Positions 1 through 10,922 are shown, counted from the stretch's first letter. The stretch is 64,000 bases of DNA from an uncultured Deinococcaceae bacterium (GCA_964252075.1 CAXULY010000005.1:32001-96000); one strand, 5' to 3'. Translations and numbers: made by a program. Notes: generated from the letters alone by a model not told the origin.

Positions 1-906
1 TTCAGCGGCTATTTCAGTAATCCTGCGCTGGGAGCATACTTCCCGACGGTGGGGTACTCGTCGGGGAATCAGCGCACGGGGGACACGCCCGACCTGCGCC
101 CCACACCCGGCCCAGCGATCAACTCCCTCAGCTACGGCCTGGCGTTCGACCGGAGTGGCAACCTGTGGGTCAGCCTGACCAGCCGCAGCCAGGTGGTGGA
201 GTTCAGCAAGGCCAGCCTGAACAGCGCCGCTCCAACCCCCATCGCCACCCTCGACGCGCCCGTCCCCACCGGACTGGCGTTCGACCAGACGGGCAACCTG
301 CTGGTCGCCAGCCCCACCGGCACCCTCCGCCGCTTCCCGGTGAGCCAGCTGCACACGGGCGGCACGCCGAACGTCACCTTCCCGCTGCCCGGCCAGGTGT
401 ACGGCATGGCGTTCGACCGTGCGCGCAACCTGTGGCTGAGCAACTACGCAGGCGGCCGGCTCTTCGCGTTCACGGCGGCGCAACTGAACGCCGCGAGCGC
501 CTCGGCGCCCAAGGTCCTGAAGGCCGCGGGCGTTCAATTCCCCTTGGGCGTGGCGTTCGATGGGCAGGGGAACCTGTGGACGGCCAACCTCGATCAGCAG
601 ACGGTGACGCGCTTCGACGCGGCGAGCCTGAACGAGCCGGACGGCGCCACCATCGCCCCTGGGCGCACCATCACCACGCCGGGCGTGTACGGGTTCGGAC
701 TGGCCTTCGACCTCAAGGGCAACCTCTGGACCTCCAGCTTTGTCAGAAACGCCACGGCCGATGCGGCGATCCGCCTGCCTGCCGCTCAGTTGGTGGGCAG
801 CGGCACCGCTGAGGCCACGCCTACGGGCACCCTCAAATCGGAACCGCAGGACTTCTATTTCGCGGGCATCGCGTTCTCGAACGGCATCGCCTTCCGCGGC
901 TACTGA
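1..906 (+). CDS. NHL-repeat/beta-propeller protein, 5'-truncated by the window edge
   Basis: Frame is open from base 1; repeated GLAFDxxGNLW motifs (five copies). Confidence 0.75.
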   Translation, partial: FSGYFSNPALGAYFPTVGYSSGNQRTGDTPDLRPTPGPAINSLSYGLAFDRSGNLWVSLTSRSQVVEFSKASLNSAAPTPIATLDAPVPTGLAFDQTGNLLVASPTGTLRRFPVSQLHTGGTPNVTFPLPGQVYGMAFDRARNLWLSNYAGGRLFAFTAAQLNAASASAPKVLKAAGVQFPLGVAFDGQGNLWTANLDQQTVTRFDAASLNEPDGATIAPGRTITTPGVYGFGLAFDLKGNLWTSSFVRNATADAAIRLPAAQLVGSGTAEATPTGTLKSEPQDFYFAGIAFSNGIAFRGY

Positions 907-917
907 ATCAACGCAAA

Positions 918-949
918 CGCCCCCACCCGCCCTTAGGCGGGTGGGGGCG
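918..949 (+). terminator. GC-rich hairpin after the NHL gene
   Basis: cgcccccacccgcc-ctta-ggcgggtgggggcg stem-loop. Confidence 0.6.
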
Positions 950-1466
950 CTTCGCATGTGATCAGCGGAGTTCGGCGATCCTCAGGTTGCGTTTACAGGT
1001 GCAGCGGAACTTCTCAATGGTGCTTTCCCATGAGCCTTGCTGCCACACGGGCCATGTGTCGCGACCGCCTTTGCGCCAGTACACGATGTGGCCTCATGGG
1101 TGATGCCGGGAGCGCCACTCAAGACCACAGGCGCACGTGACCGTGTTCATCAAGCTGAGGACAATGGGTCTGCCCTAAGCCATAGACAAAAAATGCTGGC
1201 TGACCTACTTGTCAGGTATGAAAGTAACGCCGCTAGGCCGCTCGTCATGCAGCATTGATCTTGAATGGCAGCGATGTGACGCACATCGCAATCTGCAACA
1301 CGTTTGTCGTTCCATCGCTTTTATCACGTGCCAGGAGTACGGCAGGTGCTCCCTGAAGCAGGGTGGCGCTGCGAGCCGCGTTCCCTCAAGCGTGCCGTGG
1401 GCATCGTGTCATGGGGGTGACATGCTCACACCAGATTTGACGGGTGAATGCGCCCGGGGAGAGCCA

Positions 1467-1755
1467 TGGAGAAACGATTGATCATGCCCGCCCTCGCCCT
1501 GACGCTTGCCACTCGCAGCAACCCCAGCACCGGGCGACTCATCAACGTTTCCGGCAGTGGGCAGGTACCCTCAGACCCACGAACACACCCGTCAACCTGC
1601 AAATCGTCTATGGGGCTGGCCTCAACGACATCACGGGCACCCCCTTCCACCAGGATGACACCGGCGCTTTGACTGGCTCACTCAGGACCGGTGGGCTAGC
1701 TGTTGGGTTCAAAACGGCGCTGCGACAACTATCACGGAGGCCTTCACTGCCGTGA
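1467..1755 (+). pseudogene. Decayed lipoprotein gene remnant
   Basis: MEKRLIMPALALTLATRS signal-like peptide with Arg at the lipobox Cys position; protein-like sequence continues in another frame. Confidence 0.35.
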
Positions 1756-2446
1756 CACACAAGGGTAACTTTCAACTGGGGGGCCCTTTTCGTCCGTTCA
1801 GCTTCACTCAATTTCAGTGAGAGCGCCACCGTTTTGCCCGGCGAATTCGAATGGGAGGAGCCAAAAAGCCACAGATCTTCCCCGTCATCGCTATTGCGCT
1901 CGTGGTTCGTTCCAGCTCGGCCTCGGGTGGCAAGGTCGATGACGTGACAGGCACCGAGCAGAGAACACTCAGCAGTGTCATCATTAATGGCGACCTTCAA
2001 TTCATCTCAGTCCGATCCGGTAATGCCGTGCCCGGCAAGCTGTGCACCGAGTTCAAAGAGCAACTGTTCGATGGACGCGGCCTACAAGCGGAACGCGAGA
2101 CGGCAACACCTTCCATCTCACAGCGCACCCCACTTCACAGGAGGCCTGCTCATTTATCGCTTGGTGTACGGCAACAGGTACGCAGGGGTGGCGATGCGCA
2201 CCCTCGCTAGGTACAGGACGCCACGTTCAACCTTCGGAAGCAATGAGTGCACGTCAGATTTGACAGGGGAGGGGGAAGACGTGGTCAGAATTGGTCTGCC
2301 ACAATGAACCGACGTCCGCAGTGCCTCCTTTCTTTCCCGTTTCGACCGTATACCGGAATCATCGCAGAACCCACCCGAAACACGGCGAAGACGCTCGCCT
2401 CGATAACGGATTCGGCGGTGGACATCGTCATGCCGTAGGAGGAACC

Positions 2447-3001
2447 ATGGCACGCATCTTGCTGCTCTTCGTTCTCGCCGCTGGTCTGGTCGCGTGCTCT
2501 TCTGGGCCAGACGCCATCACGCTCGCGTCGACACCTGTCCCCACACCTAGAGGAACCACAGATCCACTGCCCTTGCCGAATCCCAACCCTCACCCAACCA
2601 CTCCTCGCCCACACGGAACCTACGTTGGGGAACTGCAGATCAGTGGCCTGCCCTTCACTCAACTGCGCATCAACTTCGATGCAACGGCCGACTCAGCGGC
2701 GGTTGCGGTCGCGCTCGGCACGCCCGGGAACCAGTTCTTCAGGCAAGCTGATGGTACCGTGAGCTTCAACACCACCACGCGGCAGGTCGCTGTGCAATTC
2801 CAGGGGTCACTGCCAGATTGCTCCGTCGGTCATACCTTCTCCTTCTATGGACGCCTGGATACTGCCACGAACCGCATCACTGGCAAGGTGTTCAGTCCAG
2901 ACGACCCCCTCAGCAACCCAGGAACCGCCACGCTGACGCCCACCGATCAGGTAACGCCCGAAATGCTGTGCACTGATGCATTAGTTGAAGGAACGCAGTG
3001 A
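2447..3001 (+). CDS. Hypothetical lipoprotein
   Basis: AGGAGG RBS, hydrophobic signal, lipobox LVAC, Pro-rich linker. Confidence 0.75.
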   Translation: MARILLLFVLAAGLVACSSGPDAITLASTPVPTPRGTTDPLPLPNPNPHPTTPRPHGTYVGELQISGLPFTQLRINFDATADSAAVAVALGTPGNQFFRQADGTVSFNTTTRQVAVQFQGSLPDCSVGHTFSFYGRLDTATNRITGKVFSPDDPLSNPGTATLTPTDQVTPEMLCTDALVEGTQ

Positions 3002-3179
3002 CGCCAGCAACGCACATTCCACGCTCACTGCGTGGGGAAAACATCATCGCTTTCCATAACAGTAACAGCACCGTGCAGGCGTAGTTCCGGCCGACGCGAC
3101 AAGCTTGCCTTGGAAGAAGTCGTGTCTGACGTCCAGCGCTGTGAATCACAGCAAGTACGGTCTCCCAGCAGGAGGTCAC

Positions 3180-3264
3180 ATGAAAAATGCTGATCCTGCC
3201 CGCCCTCGTCCTGACGCTCACTGCTTGCGGCTCACCTGCAGCAACTCCTGCGCCGAGCGCGTAG
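3180..3264 (+). pseudogene. Frameshifted lipoprotein signal-peptide remnant
   Basis: GGAGG then ATGAAAAATGCTG; shifted frame reads MLILPALVLTLTACGSP then TAG. Confidence 0.4.
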
Positions 3265-3672
3265 ACCGGGAGGTCGCCATCGATCGCGTCTGCGCGGCGT
3301 GCGCGCGTTCAGCCACGGTGGCTGAACGCGCCGCCACACCTTACGTCTAGGCGCTCGAGCGCCTGGACGCCAGCGCCGCCTAGCAGATCGCGCCCGTTCT
3401 GCCGGACGTGCAGGCGCTCGCCGCGCCCGTCCAGAACGGAATCCCTTGCGCCGCAGAGTTCCCTGATAAGTTTTTGCGCCCTCCAGCGCTTGCCCGTACT
3501 GGAACTCGGACGGCCTGAAGGGTTCTTGTTGTATTGGAGGAGTGACTCACGAATGTCGATTCGGAGGCCAATATCCGACTCCTTCGCATTGAGCTGCCGT
3601 CCTCAGGGGTCGGGTCGACTTAAGCGCACAACGCCCAGCAGCGTAGCGTGCAGCCAAAACGTAGGGCCTGAC

Positions 3673-4056
3673 CTACTGCCCGATGGATGCGGTGGTGCTG
3701 TTGCCGCTGGTGTACGTGATGGTGACCTTTTCCGTGGCGGCGGTGTACGTGCAGCCCGTCACGAATCCTCCCGGAGCCGTCACACTGTAACTTCCGAAGC
3801 TCGTCCCGGCGGTGCCTGTTCCGCATGAACCTGCCGGGATGTTGTTGCTGCTCGACTCTGCGATGAAGGCCTTGCCTGCCTTGTACACGTTCTGCGCGTA
3901 CGCCAGGGCTGCCCGGTCAAAGGCGGCGCGCCGCGCGCCGAACAGGTTGGGAATCAGGATGGCCGCCAGGATGCCGATGATGGCGACGGCAATCAGCAGC
4001 TCAATGAGCGTGAAACCGTAGGTGGACATGGACTTGGCTCGGTGATCAGGGGTCAT
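3673..4056 (-). CDS. Type IV pilin (prepilin with N-methylation site)
   Basis: G|FTLIELLIAVAIIGILAAILIPNL; C-terminal Cys pair; GGAGGAG RBS. Confidence 0.9.
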   Translation of the reverse strand: MTPDHRAKSMSTYGFTLIELLIAVAIIGILAAILIPNLFGARRAAFDRAALAYAQNVYKAGKAFIAESSSNNIPAGSCGTGTAGTSFGSYSVTAPGGFVTGCTYTAATEKVTITYTSGNSTTASIGQ

Positions 4057-4195
4057 GCGGGCGCTCCTCCGCCAGTGTACGGACCGCACCCTCACATGAA
4101 TCTGACAGCGCTGGCGTTTGGCGGTGCTCCCAGGTAGCGTGGTGCATGCCCTATTCCACAGGTGACCGTGACCCATACAGCGCTGCAGGTCTCAC

Positions 4196-4408
4196 ATGAC
4201 CGCGCCTGACGCCCCGCCGGAAGCGCTGTCCCTGGATGGGGGCGGCGTGTCGAGCCCCACCATTGCGGAACTGCCGCTTGGCACGCATCTGAATCCTGGT
4301 GATTTCCTGCGCTGGGGTGAGCAGGTCTGGCGGGTCATTGAGGTGCTGCCCGACGCGCCTGGGGCCGTGCAGGGCGGCCAGCAGGTGCAGGTCGAGCGTC
4401 TGGAGTGA
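4196..4408 (+). CDS. Small hypothetical protein
   Basis: 70-aa ORF with host-like codon usage. Confidence 0.45.
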   Translation: MTAPDAPPEALSLDGGGVSSPTIAELPLGTHLNPGDFLRWGEQVWRVIEVLPDAPGAVQGGQQVQVERLE

Positions 4409-4454
4409 CGCGTTTTTGGTCGTCCACGTGACGTCTGGCGCCTATGCTGCCTGC

Positions 4455-4598
4455 ATGGGTGCGTGGGCGATGCTGGGATCGGTGCTTTCCGTGGCTGTGG
4501 GCGTGGTGCAACTGTGCACCGGCGATTGGCTGGGCGCCCTGTGGACAGTGGGCGGCGTGGCGCTCGGGTACTGGGGGTACCGCCTGCGGCAATCCTGA
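4455..4598 (+). CDS. Small membrane protein (2 TM)
   Basis: Hydrophobic 47-aa ORF; TATGCT 6 nt before ATG. Confidence 0.5.
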   Translation: MGAWAMLGSVLSVAVGVVQLCTGDWLGALWTVGGVALGYWGYRLRQS

Positions 4599-4615
4599 CG
4601 CCCATGCACGGGGCG

Positions 4616-5317
4616 TCAGGGCGTGAGGTCCTCCTCGGTCGTCAGGAAGTCCACGGCGCCCGACCCGATCTCGTAGAACGCCCCGATCACCCGGATCTGC
4701 CCGCGCCGCTCGGCGGCCTCCACGAGCGGGTTTGTGCGCAGGGCCGCCACCTGATGCCGCACGTTCATGAGGACCGCCTCGCGCATGCGCGCCTTGGTGT
4801 CCCGGATGTGCGAGAGGCCGCCCAGCGCCGGGCGTATTCCGCCGATCAATTCCCGCAGGTGGTCCGGCTCCCCCGTGAGCTGCTCCTCGGGCAGCAGGGC
4901 CGTGCGCACCGCACCGCAGAACTCGTGCCCCAGCACCACCAGCAGCAGCACATTCAGGTGCTGCACCGCGTACTCCAGGCTGCCCAGCACGCCTGAACCC
5001 ACGACGTTGCCCGCCACGCGCGTCACGAACAGGTCCCCGAAGCCCTGATCGAACACCAGTTCGACCGGCACGCGCGAGTCGCTGCACGCCAGCACCGCCG
5101 CGAACGGCGACTGCCCGAGGATCTGCGCGCGGCGTTCATTCGCGCCGAGTTCCGGGCGGCCCGCCTGCCCGGAGAAGAACCGCGCGTTGCCCAGCTTCAG
5201 CGCGCGAATGGCGGCTTCGGGCGTGGTAACGGTGGGTGGGCGGAGCGCCGCGATCTCCTCCATGCTGGCACTGCGGCGCAGCGCATCCTGCAACCGAATT
5301 TCAAAGTCGTCCGTCAT
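4616..5317 (-). CDS. Beta-class carbonic anhydrase
   Basis: [24 protein letters not shown] zinc-ligand motifs. Confidence 0.93.
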   Translation of the reverse strand: MTDDFEIRLQDALRRSASMEEIAALRPPTVTTPEAAIRALKLGNARFFSGQAGRPELGANERRAQILGQSPFAAVLACSDSRVPVELVFDQGFGDLFVTRVAGNVVGSGVLGSLEYAVQHLNVLLLVVLGHEFCGAVRTALLPEEQLTGEPDHLRELIGGIRPALGGLSHIRDTKARMREAVLMNVRHQVAALRTNPLVEAAERRGQIRVIGAFYEIGSGAVDFLTTEEDLTP

Positions 5318-5458
5318 GGTGTCCAGGGTAAAGGTTAAACCGCCGTTGCGGCACGGTGGGTGTATGCTCTTGCCACCCACAGCCCATTGAGGTCCGGCGA
5401 CCGCAAACCAGGTTTTCTTGCACTGCAGCGCTCGCGCTGCGAAGAGAGCAGGTGCCGT

Positions 5459-7480
5459 ATGAGGGTGCGCAATGTGTCCGTGATCGGCCACTCGGGGGTC
5501 GGCAAGACCACGCTCGCGGAGGCGCTGTTGTTCCGCGCGGGGGTCCTGACGCGCATGGGGGCGGTGGAGGACGGCAACACCGCCAGTGATTACAGCGATC
5601 CGGAGCGCCGCCGGGGCATCTCCATCCAGACGAGCGTGCTGCGCCTGGAGGATGAGGGCGTGAGCGTGAACCTGCTGGACGCGCCGGGCAGCGCGGACTT
5701 CGTGCGGGAGATCCGGGGGGCCATCCGGGCGGCGGACAGCGCGCTGGTGCTGGTGAGCGCCGTGAGTGGCGTGGAGGTCGGCACGGAGCGCGCGTGGGCA
5801 ACGGCGGACGGCTTTTCCATGCCGCGCATCGTGCTGGTGAACAAGATGGACCGCGAGCGCGCGGATTTCTACGCGGTGCTGGCGGACGTGAACGCCAGCC
5901 TGCGCGGGCACACCGCGGCGGCGTTCCTGCCGATCGGGTCCGAGGGCTCGTTCCAGGGCGTGGTGGACCTGCTGGGCCGCCGGGCGCTCCTCGCGGACGG
6001 CGCGCGCGCGGAGGTGCCTCAGGACCTCGCGCCGCTGGTGGAGGAGTACCGCGCGCGGCTCGTGGAGGCCATCATCGAGACGGACGACGCCCTCACGGAC
6101 CGCTACCTGATGGAGGAGGACATCGGTGATGAGGAACTGCACGCGGCGTTTCTGAAGGCCGTGCACGGCGGGGAGCTGTACCCGGTGCTGCCCATCAGCG
6201 CTGCGCGCGGCATCGGGCTGGACGCGCTGCTGCACCTGATGGCCCAGGGCCTGCGCAGCCCCGAGGAGCGCGGCCCGACGGTGGGGGAGGGTGGCGAGCG
6301 GCGCGAGCCCACGCCGGACGAGGCCTTCAGCGCGCGCGTGTGGCGCACCAGCATCGACCCCTTCGTGGGGAAGGTCGCGTACCTGCGCGTGTGGAGCGGC
6401 ACCCTGCGGGCGGGCGACACCATCCGGAACGTCACGCAGGGCCTCGACGTGCGCCCCGCGCACCTGTACACCCTGAACGGCAAGGACCTCACGGAGGTGC
6501 CGGAACTCACGGCGGGCATGATCGGCGCCGTCACGAAACTCGCGGACCTGCACACCGGGGACAGCCTCGCGGACCCCGCGCGCCCCATCGATTACGGCCC
6601 GCTGGTGCTGCCGGACCCGGTGGTGCGCGTGGCGCTGCACGCGCGCACGCACGCGGACGAGGACCGCCTGGGCGGCGCGATGGCGAAACTGCTGGAGGAG
6701 GACCCCACCCTGCGCTTCGCGCGCGACCCGGAGACGGGGGAGAGCGTGCTCTCGGGCATGGGGGACACGCACCTGGAGATCGCGGTGGAGAAGCTCGCGG
6801 CGCTCGGCGTGCAGCTCACGGCGACCACCCCGAAGATCGCGTACCGCGAGACCATCCGCGCGGCGTCGGAGGCGCAGGGCAAGCACAAGAAGCAGTCGGG
6901 CGGGCACGGGCAGTACGGGGACTGCTGGTTGCGCGTCACGCCGAGCGCGCAGGACTTCGAGTTCACGAGTGAGATCGTGGGGGGCGTGGTGCCGGGCAAG
7001 TACGTGCCGAGCATTCAGAAGGGCGTGGAGGAGGCGCGGGCGCGCGGCGTGCTCGCCGGGTACCCCGTGCAGAACCTGAAGGTGACGGTCTTCAACGGCA
7101 GTTACCACGACGTGGACTCCAGCGACATCGCCTTCAAGACGGCGGCGGGCCTGGCGTTTCGCGCGGCGATGGAGGGCGCGCGCCCCGCGCTGCTGGAACC
7201 CGTCGTGACCCTGCGCGTGCGGGCGCCCGCGCAGTTCACGGGGGATATCGTGGGGGACCTGCAGACCCGCCGCGCGCGCGTGCAGGGCATGGACCCGGAG
7301 GGCACCGTCATGGTCATCACGGCGCAGGTGCCGCTGGGCGAGGTGCAGCGGTACAGCGCGGACCTGCGCAGCATGACGGGGGACCGCGGCGCGTACAGCG
7401 TGAAGCCCGCCGGGTACCAGGAGGCGCCGCAGGCGGTCGTGGACCGCGTGATCGCGGAGCGCCGGGCGGAACTCGCGTGA
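5459..7480 (+). CDS. fusA: Elongation factor G paralogue (EF-G2)
   Basis: [35 protein letters not shown]. Confidence 0.93.
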   Translation: MRVRNVSVIGHSGVGKTTLAEALLFRAGVLTRMGAVEDGNTASDYSDPERRRGISIQTSVLRLEDEGVSVNLLDAPGSADFVREIRGAIRAADSALVLVSAVSGVEVGTERAWATADGFSMPRIVLVNKMDRERADFYAVLADVNASLRGHTAAAFLPIGSEGSFQGVVDLLGRRALLADGARAEVPQDLAPLVEEYRARLVEAIIETDDALTDRYLMEEDIGDEELHAAFLKAVHGGELYPVLPISAARGIGLDALLHLMAQGLRSPEERGPTVGEGGERREPTPDEAFSARVWRTSIDPFVGKVAYLRVWSGTLRAGDTIRNVTQGLDVRPAHLYTLNGKDLTEVPELTAGMIGAVTKLADLHTGDSLADPARPIDYGPLVLPDPVVRVALHARTHADEDRLGGAMAKLLEEDPTLRFARDPETGESVLSGMGDTHLEIAVEKLAALGVQLTATTPKIAYRETIRAASEAQGKHKKQSGGHGQYGDCWLRVTPSAQDFEFTSEIVGGVVPGKYVPSIQKGVEEARARGVLAGYPVQNLKVTVFNGSYHDVDSSDIAFKTAAGLAFRAAMEGARPALLEPVVTLRVRAPAQFTGDIVGDLQTRRARVQGMDPEGTVMVITAQVPLGEVQRYSADLRSMTGDRGAYSVKPAGYQEAPQAVVDRVIAERRAELA

Positions 7481-7486
7481 CCCGCA

Positions 7487-7512
7487 TGGGGGCCGCGGGT
7501 GGGCGGCCCCCA
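7487..7512. terminator. GC hairpin after the EF-G gene
   Basis: tgggggccgc-gggtgg-gcggccccca. Confidence 0.5.
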
Positions 7513-7566
7513 CGGGGGCTGGACAGGGGTGGGGGAGCGCTCACGCGCGCGCGCTAGCATGAACGC

Positions 7567-7833
7567 ATGCCCGAACCGCTCGGCGTGCGCTTCGTGCTCG
7601 AAGGGGTGGATGAAATCACCTTCGTGCGCATCCTGAACGCCCTGATGCACGACGCCTCCTTCGCCAAGCCGCTGCAGGTGCAGATCCAGGCGCCGCACCA
7701 CGGCGAGCCGGGTGTGCTGACCATCGCCTTCCACGAGGACCTGCGCTCGCGCGCGATGCTGGCCGTGCAGCGCCTCAAGGGCATCATGCTGGATCACGGC
7801 GTGCAGATCGACAGTTTCGGCGTGCCCGGCTGA
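7567..7833 (+). CDS. Hypothetical protein
   Basis: 88-aa ORF, strong GC3 bias, TAGCAT 6 nt before ATG. Confidence 0.7.
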   Translation: MPEPLGVRFVLEGVDEITFVRILNALMHDASFAKPLQVQIQAPHHGEPGVLTIAFHEDLRSRAMLAVQRLKGIMLDHGVQIDSFGVPG

Positions 7834-7905
7834 CCCCGCGCGGACGTCTGGTACAGTCGGGGGGATCACGCGGCCTTATCGCTCTCTCCCGGAGGACCAC
7901 GCACC

Positions 7906-9063
7906 GTGTTCGACCACGACCCCGTCACGCCCGACCGCCAGCAGGAGCGCGCGCAGGCCCAGCCCGCCCCCGAAACCCAGCCGGCAGGCGGCCCGCCCGG
8001 CGCCCACGCGCCCGGCGCGGCTGGTGGCCTCGCGGACCCCGCGCCGCGCCTGCAGTACCTGCCCGCCGGAGGTGACGCGCCCGGCGAGGCCGTCACGCCG
8101 CCCACCCCGGCGGAGATTGAGGCGCTGTTCGCGCAGGCGTCCCTGAGTGGGGGCGCGCCCGCCCTGCTCGCGCCCCCGAGCGCCGGCGCGCCGGGCGGTG
8201 ACGCCCAGCGCTTCGTGCCGAACGACGAGGCCCTGCAGCGCCTCACCGCGCGCCTCGTGGCGGTGCCGCTCACCGACCAGCAGGAGCGCGCCTACGCCGA
8301 GCAGGCCATCCCGCTGATCCTGCAGGCCGCGCAGGCGCGCGGCGTGACCGACCCGGACCAGCTCGCGTACGTCCTCGCGACGGCGCACCACGAGAGCCGC
8401 TACGGCACCCCGAAGTACAGCCGCAGCGAGAGCCTCGTGGAGGACCACAACCCCCTGAAGCGCGACGCGAAGGGCGAGTACCGCACCTCGCACGTGACGG
8501 GCCACCGCATTGACGGCGCGAGCCTCGACACGTACTACGACGACGCCTACGGCGGGCGGCTGGGGAACCGGCGCGGCACGGCGGACGCCGCGAACTTCCG
8601 GGGGCGCGGTTTCGTGCAGCTCACGGGCCGCACGAACTACCAGGACTGGACGGACCGCTTGCGCGCCGAGCGCTACAGCTACACCGTGGACGGCGTGAAG
8701 TACGGCGGGGAGGACGGGCAGGCCCTGGACCTCACGCAGCACCCCGAGCACGTGAACAAGGTGCCCGCGCTCGCCGCGCGCATCCTGGTGGAGGGCATGC
8801 AGCGCGGGAGCTTCACGGGCGAGCGCCTCGGGGACGACATCAACGAGCACAAAACCGACTTCGTGAAGGCGCGCGGCATCGTGAACGGCGACGGGCGCAC
8901 GAACGGGCGGCGCATCGCAGGGTACGCCGAGGGTTACGCGCGCGTGCTGAAGGAGGGCGGCGCGTGGCAGGCGATCGCCGTGCCGAACGCGGCGGTCGCG
9001 GCCCCAACGCAGGCCGGCTCACCGCCCGCCGACTCCACCGCGCGCACCCCGCAGGGCGGCTGA
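7906..9063 (+). CDS. GH19/lysozyme-like peptidoglycan hydrolase with a low-complexity N-terminus
   Basis: QLAYVLATAHHES, FRGRGFVQLTGRTNY, ARGIVNG; GGAGG RBS. Confidence 0.8.
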   Translation: MFDHDPVTPDRQQERAQAQPAPETQPAGGPPGAHAPGAAGGLADPAPRLQYLPAGGDAPGEAVTPPTPAEIEALFAQASLSGGAPALLAPPSAGAPGGDAQRFVPNDEALQRLTARLVAVPLTDQQERAYAEQAIPLILQAAQARGVTDPDQLAYVLATAHHESRYGTPKYSRSESLVEDHNPLKRDAKGEYRTSHVTGHRIDGASLDTYYDDAYGGRLGNRRGTADAANFRGRGFVQLTGRTNYQDWTDRLRAERYSYTVDGVKYGGEDGQALDLTQHPEHVNKVPALAARILVEGMQRGSFTGERLGDDINEHKTDFVKARGIVNGDGRTNGRRIAGYAEGYARVLKEGGAWQAIAVPNAAVAAPTQAGSPPADSTARTPQGG

Positions 9064-9065
9064 GC

Positions 9066-9776
9066 GTGCGCCCCCGGCGGGCGGCGGCGTTGCTGGCGGC
9101 CCTCGCGGGCCTCGCGCTCGCGGCGGGCGGCCCACAGCACCTGCAGGTGGGGCGCTGGAGCGTGCAATGGACGCAGCGCGAGGCGAGCGCCCAGGGTCCA
9201 GGCGGCGCCGCCACCCTGTACGGCCCGCCCGCGCCGCGCGCCTGCCCGCAGGGCGCCGCGCCCTCCACCGTGCGTGGCGCGGTGCTGGCGCTGGTGGGGC
9301 CGTACACCTCCGTGTACACCGAGACGCGCGACGACTGCGGCGCGCACCCCAGCGTGGAGCGCACCTTCAGCACCACCAGCCTGCGCCGCCCGGACGGGGC
9401 GCCGCTGAGCCTGCTGGACCTCTTCCTGGAGCGGGACGTGCTGAACGCCCTCCTCGCGGACCCGCAGGTGCGCCGCGCCGTCGCGGACGCCCCGCGCCCC
9501 GCGAGCGTGCGCGCGCTCGGCCAGGCGTATGGGTCTTTCGGGTGCACCGTGCTGGATGAGGGCGCCCTGCAGAACTTCGCCTTCTACGACCTGCAGGGCG
9601 CGCGGGTGGCGGTGCGGCTCTCGCTGCCGGAGGCGGCGTACAGCTGCCGCCCCGGCTTCACGCAGCTCGCGCTGTCGCTGCCCGTCCCCGCCGCGCTGCG
9701 GGCCGACCTGAGCGCCGCGAAACGCGCGGGCGCCCTCATGGTGAACCTGCAGGCGCGCACGGACCTCCTCCCGTGA
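9066..9776 (+). CDS. Exported protein, RsiV/DUF3298-like
   Basis: Signal peptide; CGAHP...G-x-x-LSLLDLF resembles the GGAH...LxLxDLF pattern; four Cys; starts 2 nt after the upstream stop. Confidence 0.5.
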   Translation: MRPRRAAALLAALAGLALAAGGPQHLQVGRWSVQWTQREASAQGPGGAATLYGPPAPRACPQGAAPSTVRGAVLALVGPYTSVYTETRDDCGAHPSVERTFSTTSLRRPDGAPLSLLDLFLERDVLNALLADPQVRRAVADAPRPASVRALGQAYGSFGCTVLDEGALQNFAFYDLQGARVAVRLSLPEAAYSCRPGFTQLALSLPVPAALRADLSAAKRAGALMVNLQARTDLLP

Positions 9777-10384
9777 CGGCGGGGACGCCCGCGGACCTCA
9801 CGGGTCTGCTGGACTGGCGGCGGCGCGTGCAGGACCTGTACGCCGAGGTGCGCGACCTGCACCGGGTGGAGCCGCGCGCCGCGTGGCGGCGTTGGCGTGA
9901 GGGCCGCGACGCGCTCTTCGCGCGCCACCCGCAGTCCCCGCTGCCGCCTGGGGCGCGCGCGGGTTTTCGCGGCCTGCCCGTGTGGGATTACGACCCCGCC
10001 CTGAACCTGCGCGCGGCGCTGGAGCCCGTCCCGCACGAGACCTTTGGGGTGGGCACCAGCGGTGCGGGCGCCATGACTTTCACGCGCTTCGCGCGCCTCA
10101 GCACGCCCCTCGGTACGCTGGACGCGTACTGGCTGGAGGACTACGCGGGTGGGCTGTTCGTGCCACTGCGCGACGGCACGGCGGGCGCGGAGACCTACGG
10201 CGGCGGGCGCTACCTGCTGGACACCGCGAAGGGCGCCGACCTGGGCGGCGAGGGCGGGCAGCTCGTGCTGGACTTCAACTTCGCGTACCACCCCAGCTGC
10301 CGTTTCGACCCGCGCTGGACCTGCCCGCTCGCGCCGCCCGGCAACCGCCTGAGTGCGCCCGTGCGGGCGGGCGAGCGGCTGTAA
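9773..10384 (+). CDS. DUF1684 family protein
   Basis: ETYGGGRYL, LDFNFAYHPSC, WTCPLAPPGN. Confidence 0.9.
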   Translation: MTAGTPADLTGLLDWRRRVQDLYAEVRDLHRVEPRAAWRRWREGRDALFARHPQSPLPPGARAGFRGLPVWDYDPALNLRAALEPVPHETFGVGTSGAGAMTFTRFARLSTPLGTLDAYWLEDYAGGLFVPLRDGTAGAETYGGGRYLLDTAKGADLGGEGGQLVLDFNFAYHPSCRFDPRWTCPLAPPGNRLSAPVRAGERL

Positions 10385-10390
10385 AGCGCG

Positions 10391-10422
10391 GGGGGCCGCC
10401 ACCCACGTGGGTGGCGGCCCCC
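10391..10422. terminator. Perfect 32-bp palindrome between convergent genes
   Basis: gggggccgccacccacgtgggtggcggccccc. Confidence 0.6.
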
Positions 10423-10432
10423 GCAGCGGGTC

Positions 10433-10783
10433 TTAGAGGCCGCTCTTGAGGTCCGTGGCGACCTTGAACGCGACCTTCTTGCCTTCCGGGATGCTGATGC
10501 GCTCGTTCGTGCCGGGGCGCACGCCCGTGCGCGCGGCCGTGGCGCGCACGCTGAGCGTCCCGATGCCCGGCAGGCCCACCGTCTTGCCGTCCTTGAGGGC
10601 CGACACGATCACGTCGAGCGCGGCATTCACGGCCTCGCTCGCCTGCTTCTTGGTGAGGCCCGCCTGCGCGCCGACCATGTCGATGATCTCGGTCTTCGCG
10701 ATCTTGCCGCCGCTGGTGTCGCTGTCGTTCGCCTGGGCCTTGCTGGCGGCCTTGGGGGCCGCATTGGTGGTGCTTTTCGCCAT
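10433..10783 (-). CDS. hup: HU DNA-binding protein with N-terminal extension
   Basis: [35 protein letters not shown]. Confidence 0.93.
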   Translation of the reverse strand: MAKSTTNAAPKAASKAQANDSDTSGGKIAKTEIIDMVGAQAGLTKKQASEAVNAALDVIVSALKDGKTVGLPGIGTLSVRATAARTGVRPGTNERISIPEGKKVAFKVATDLKSGL

Positions 10784-10922
10784 GGTGTCCTCCGGGATGA
10801 GGTCCGCGTTGCCCGCGGACCCGCCGGACATCATGCCACATGAGCGCGCTGGCACGGCATTCTGCAGGTCCCGACCGGTGAAAACGGCGGCGTCGCTCAT
10901 GTTGGGAGACTATAGAGAAGGC

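Noticed and set aside
4616..7513. 965-aa minus-strand ORF
   Set aside because: Only 4616-5317 is carbonic anhydrase; the rest is the antisense shadow of EF-G
10446..10922. N-terminal extension of the P450 ORF
   Set aside because: Antisense to hup; P450 homology starts at 10923
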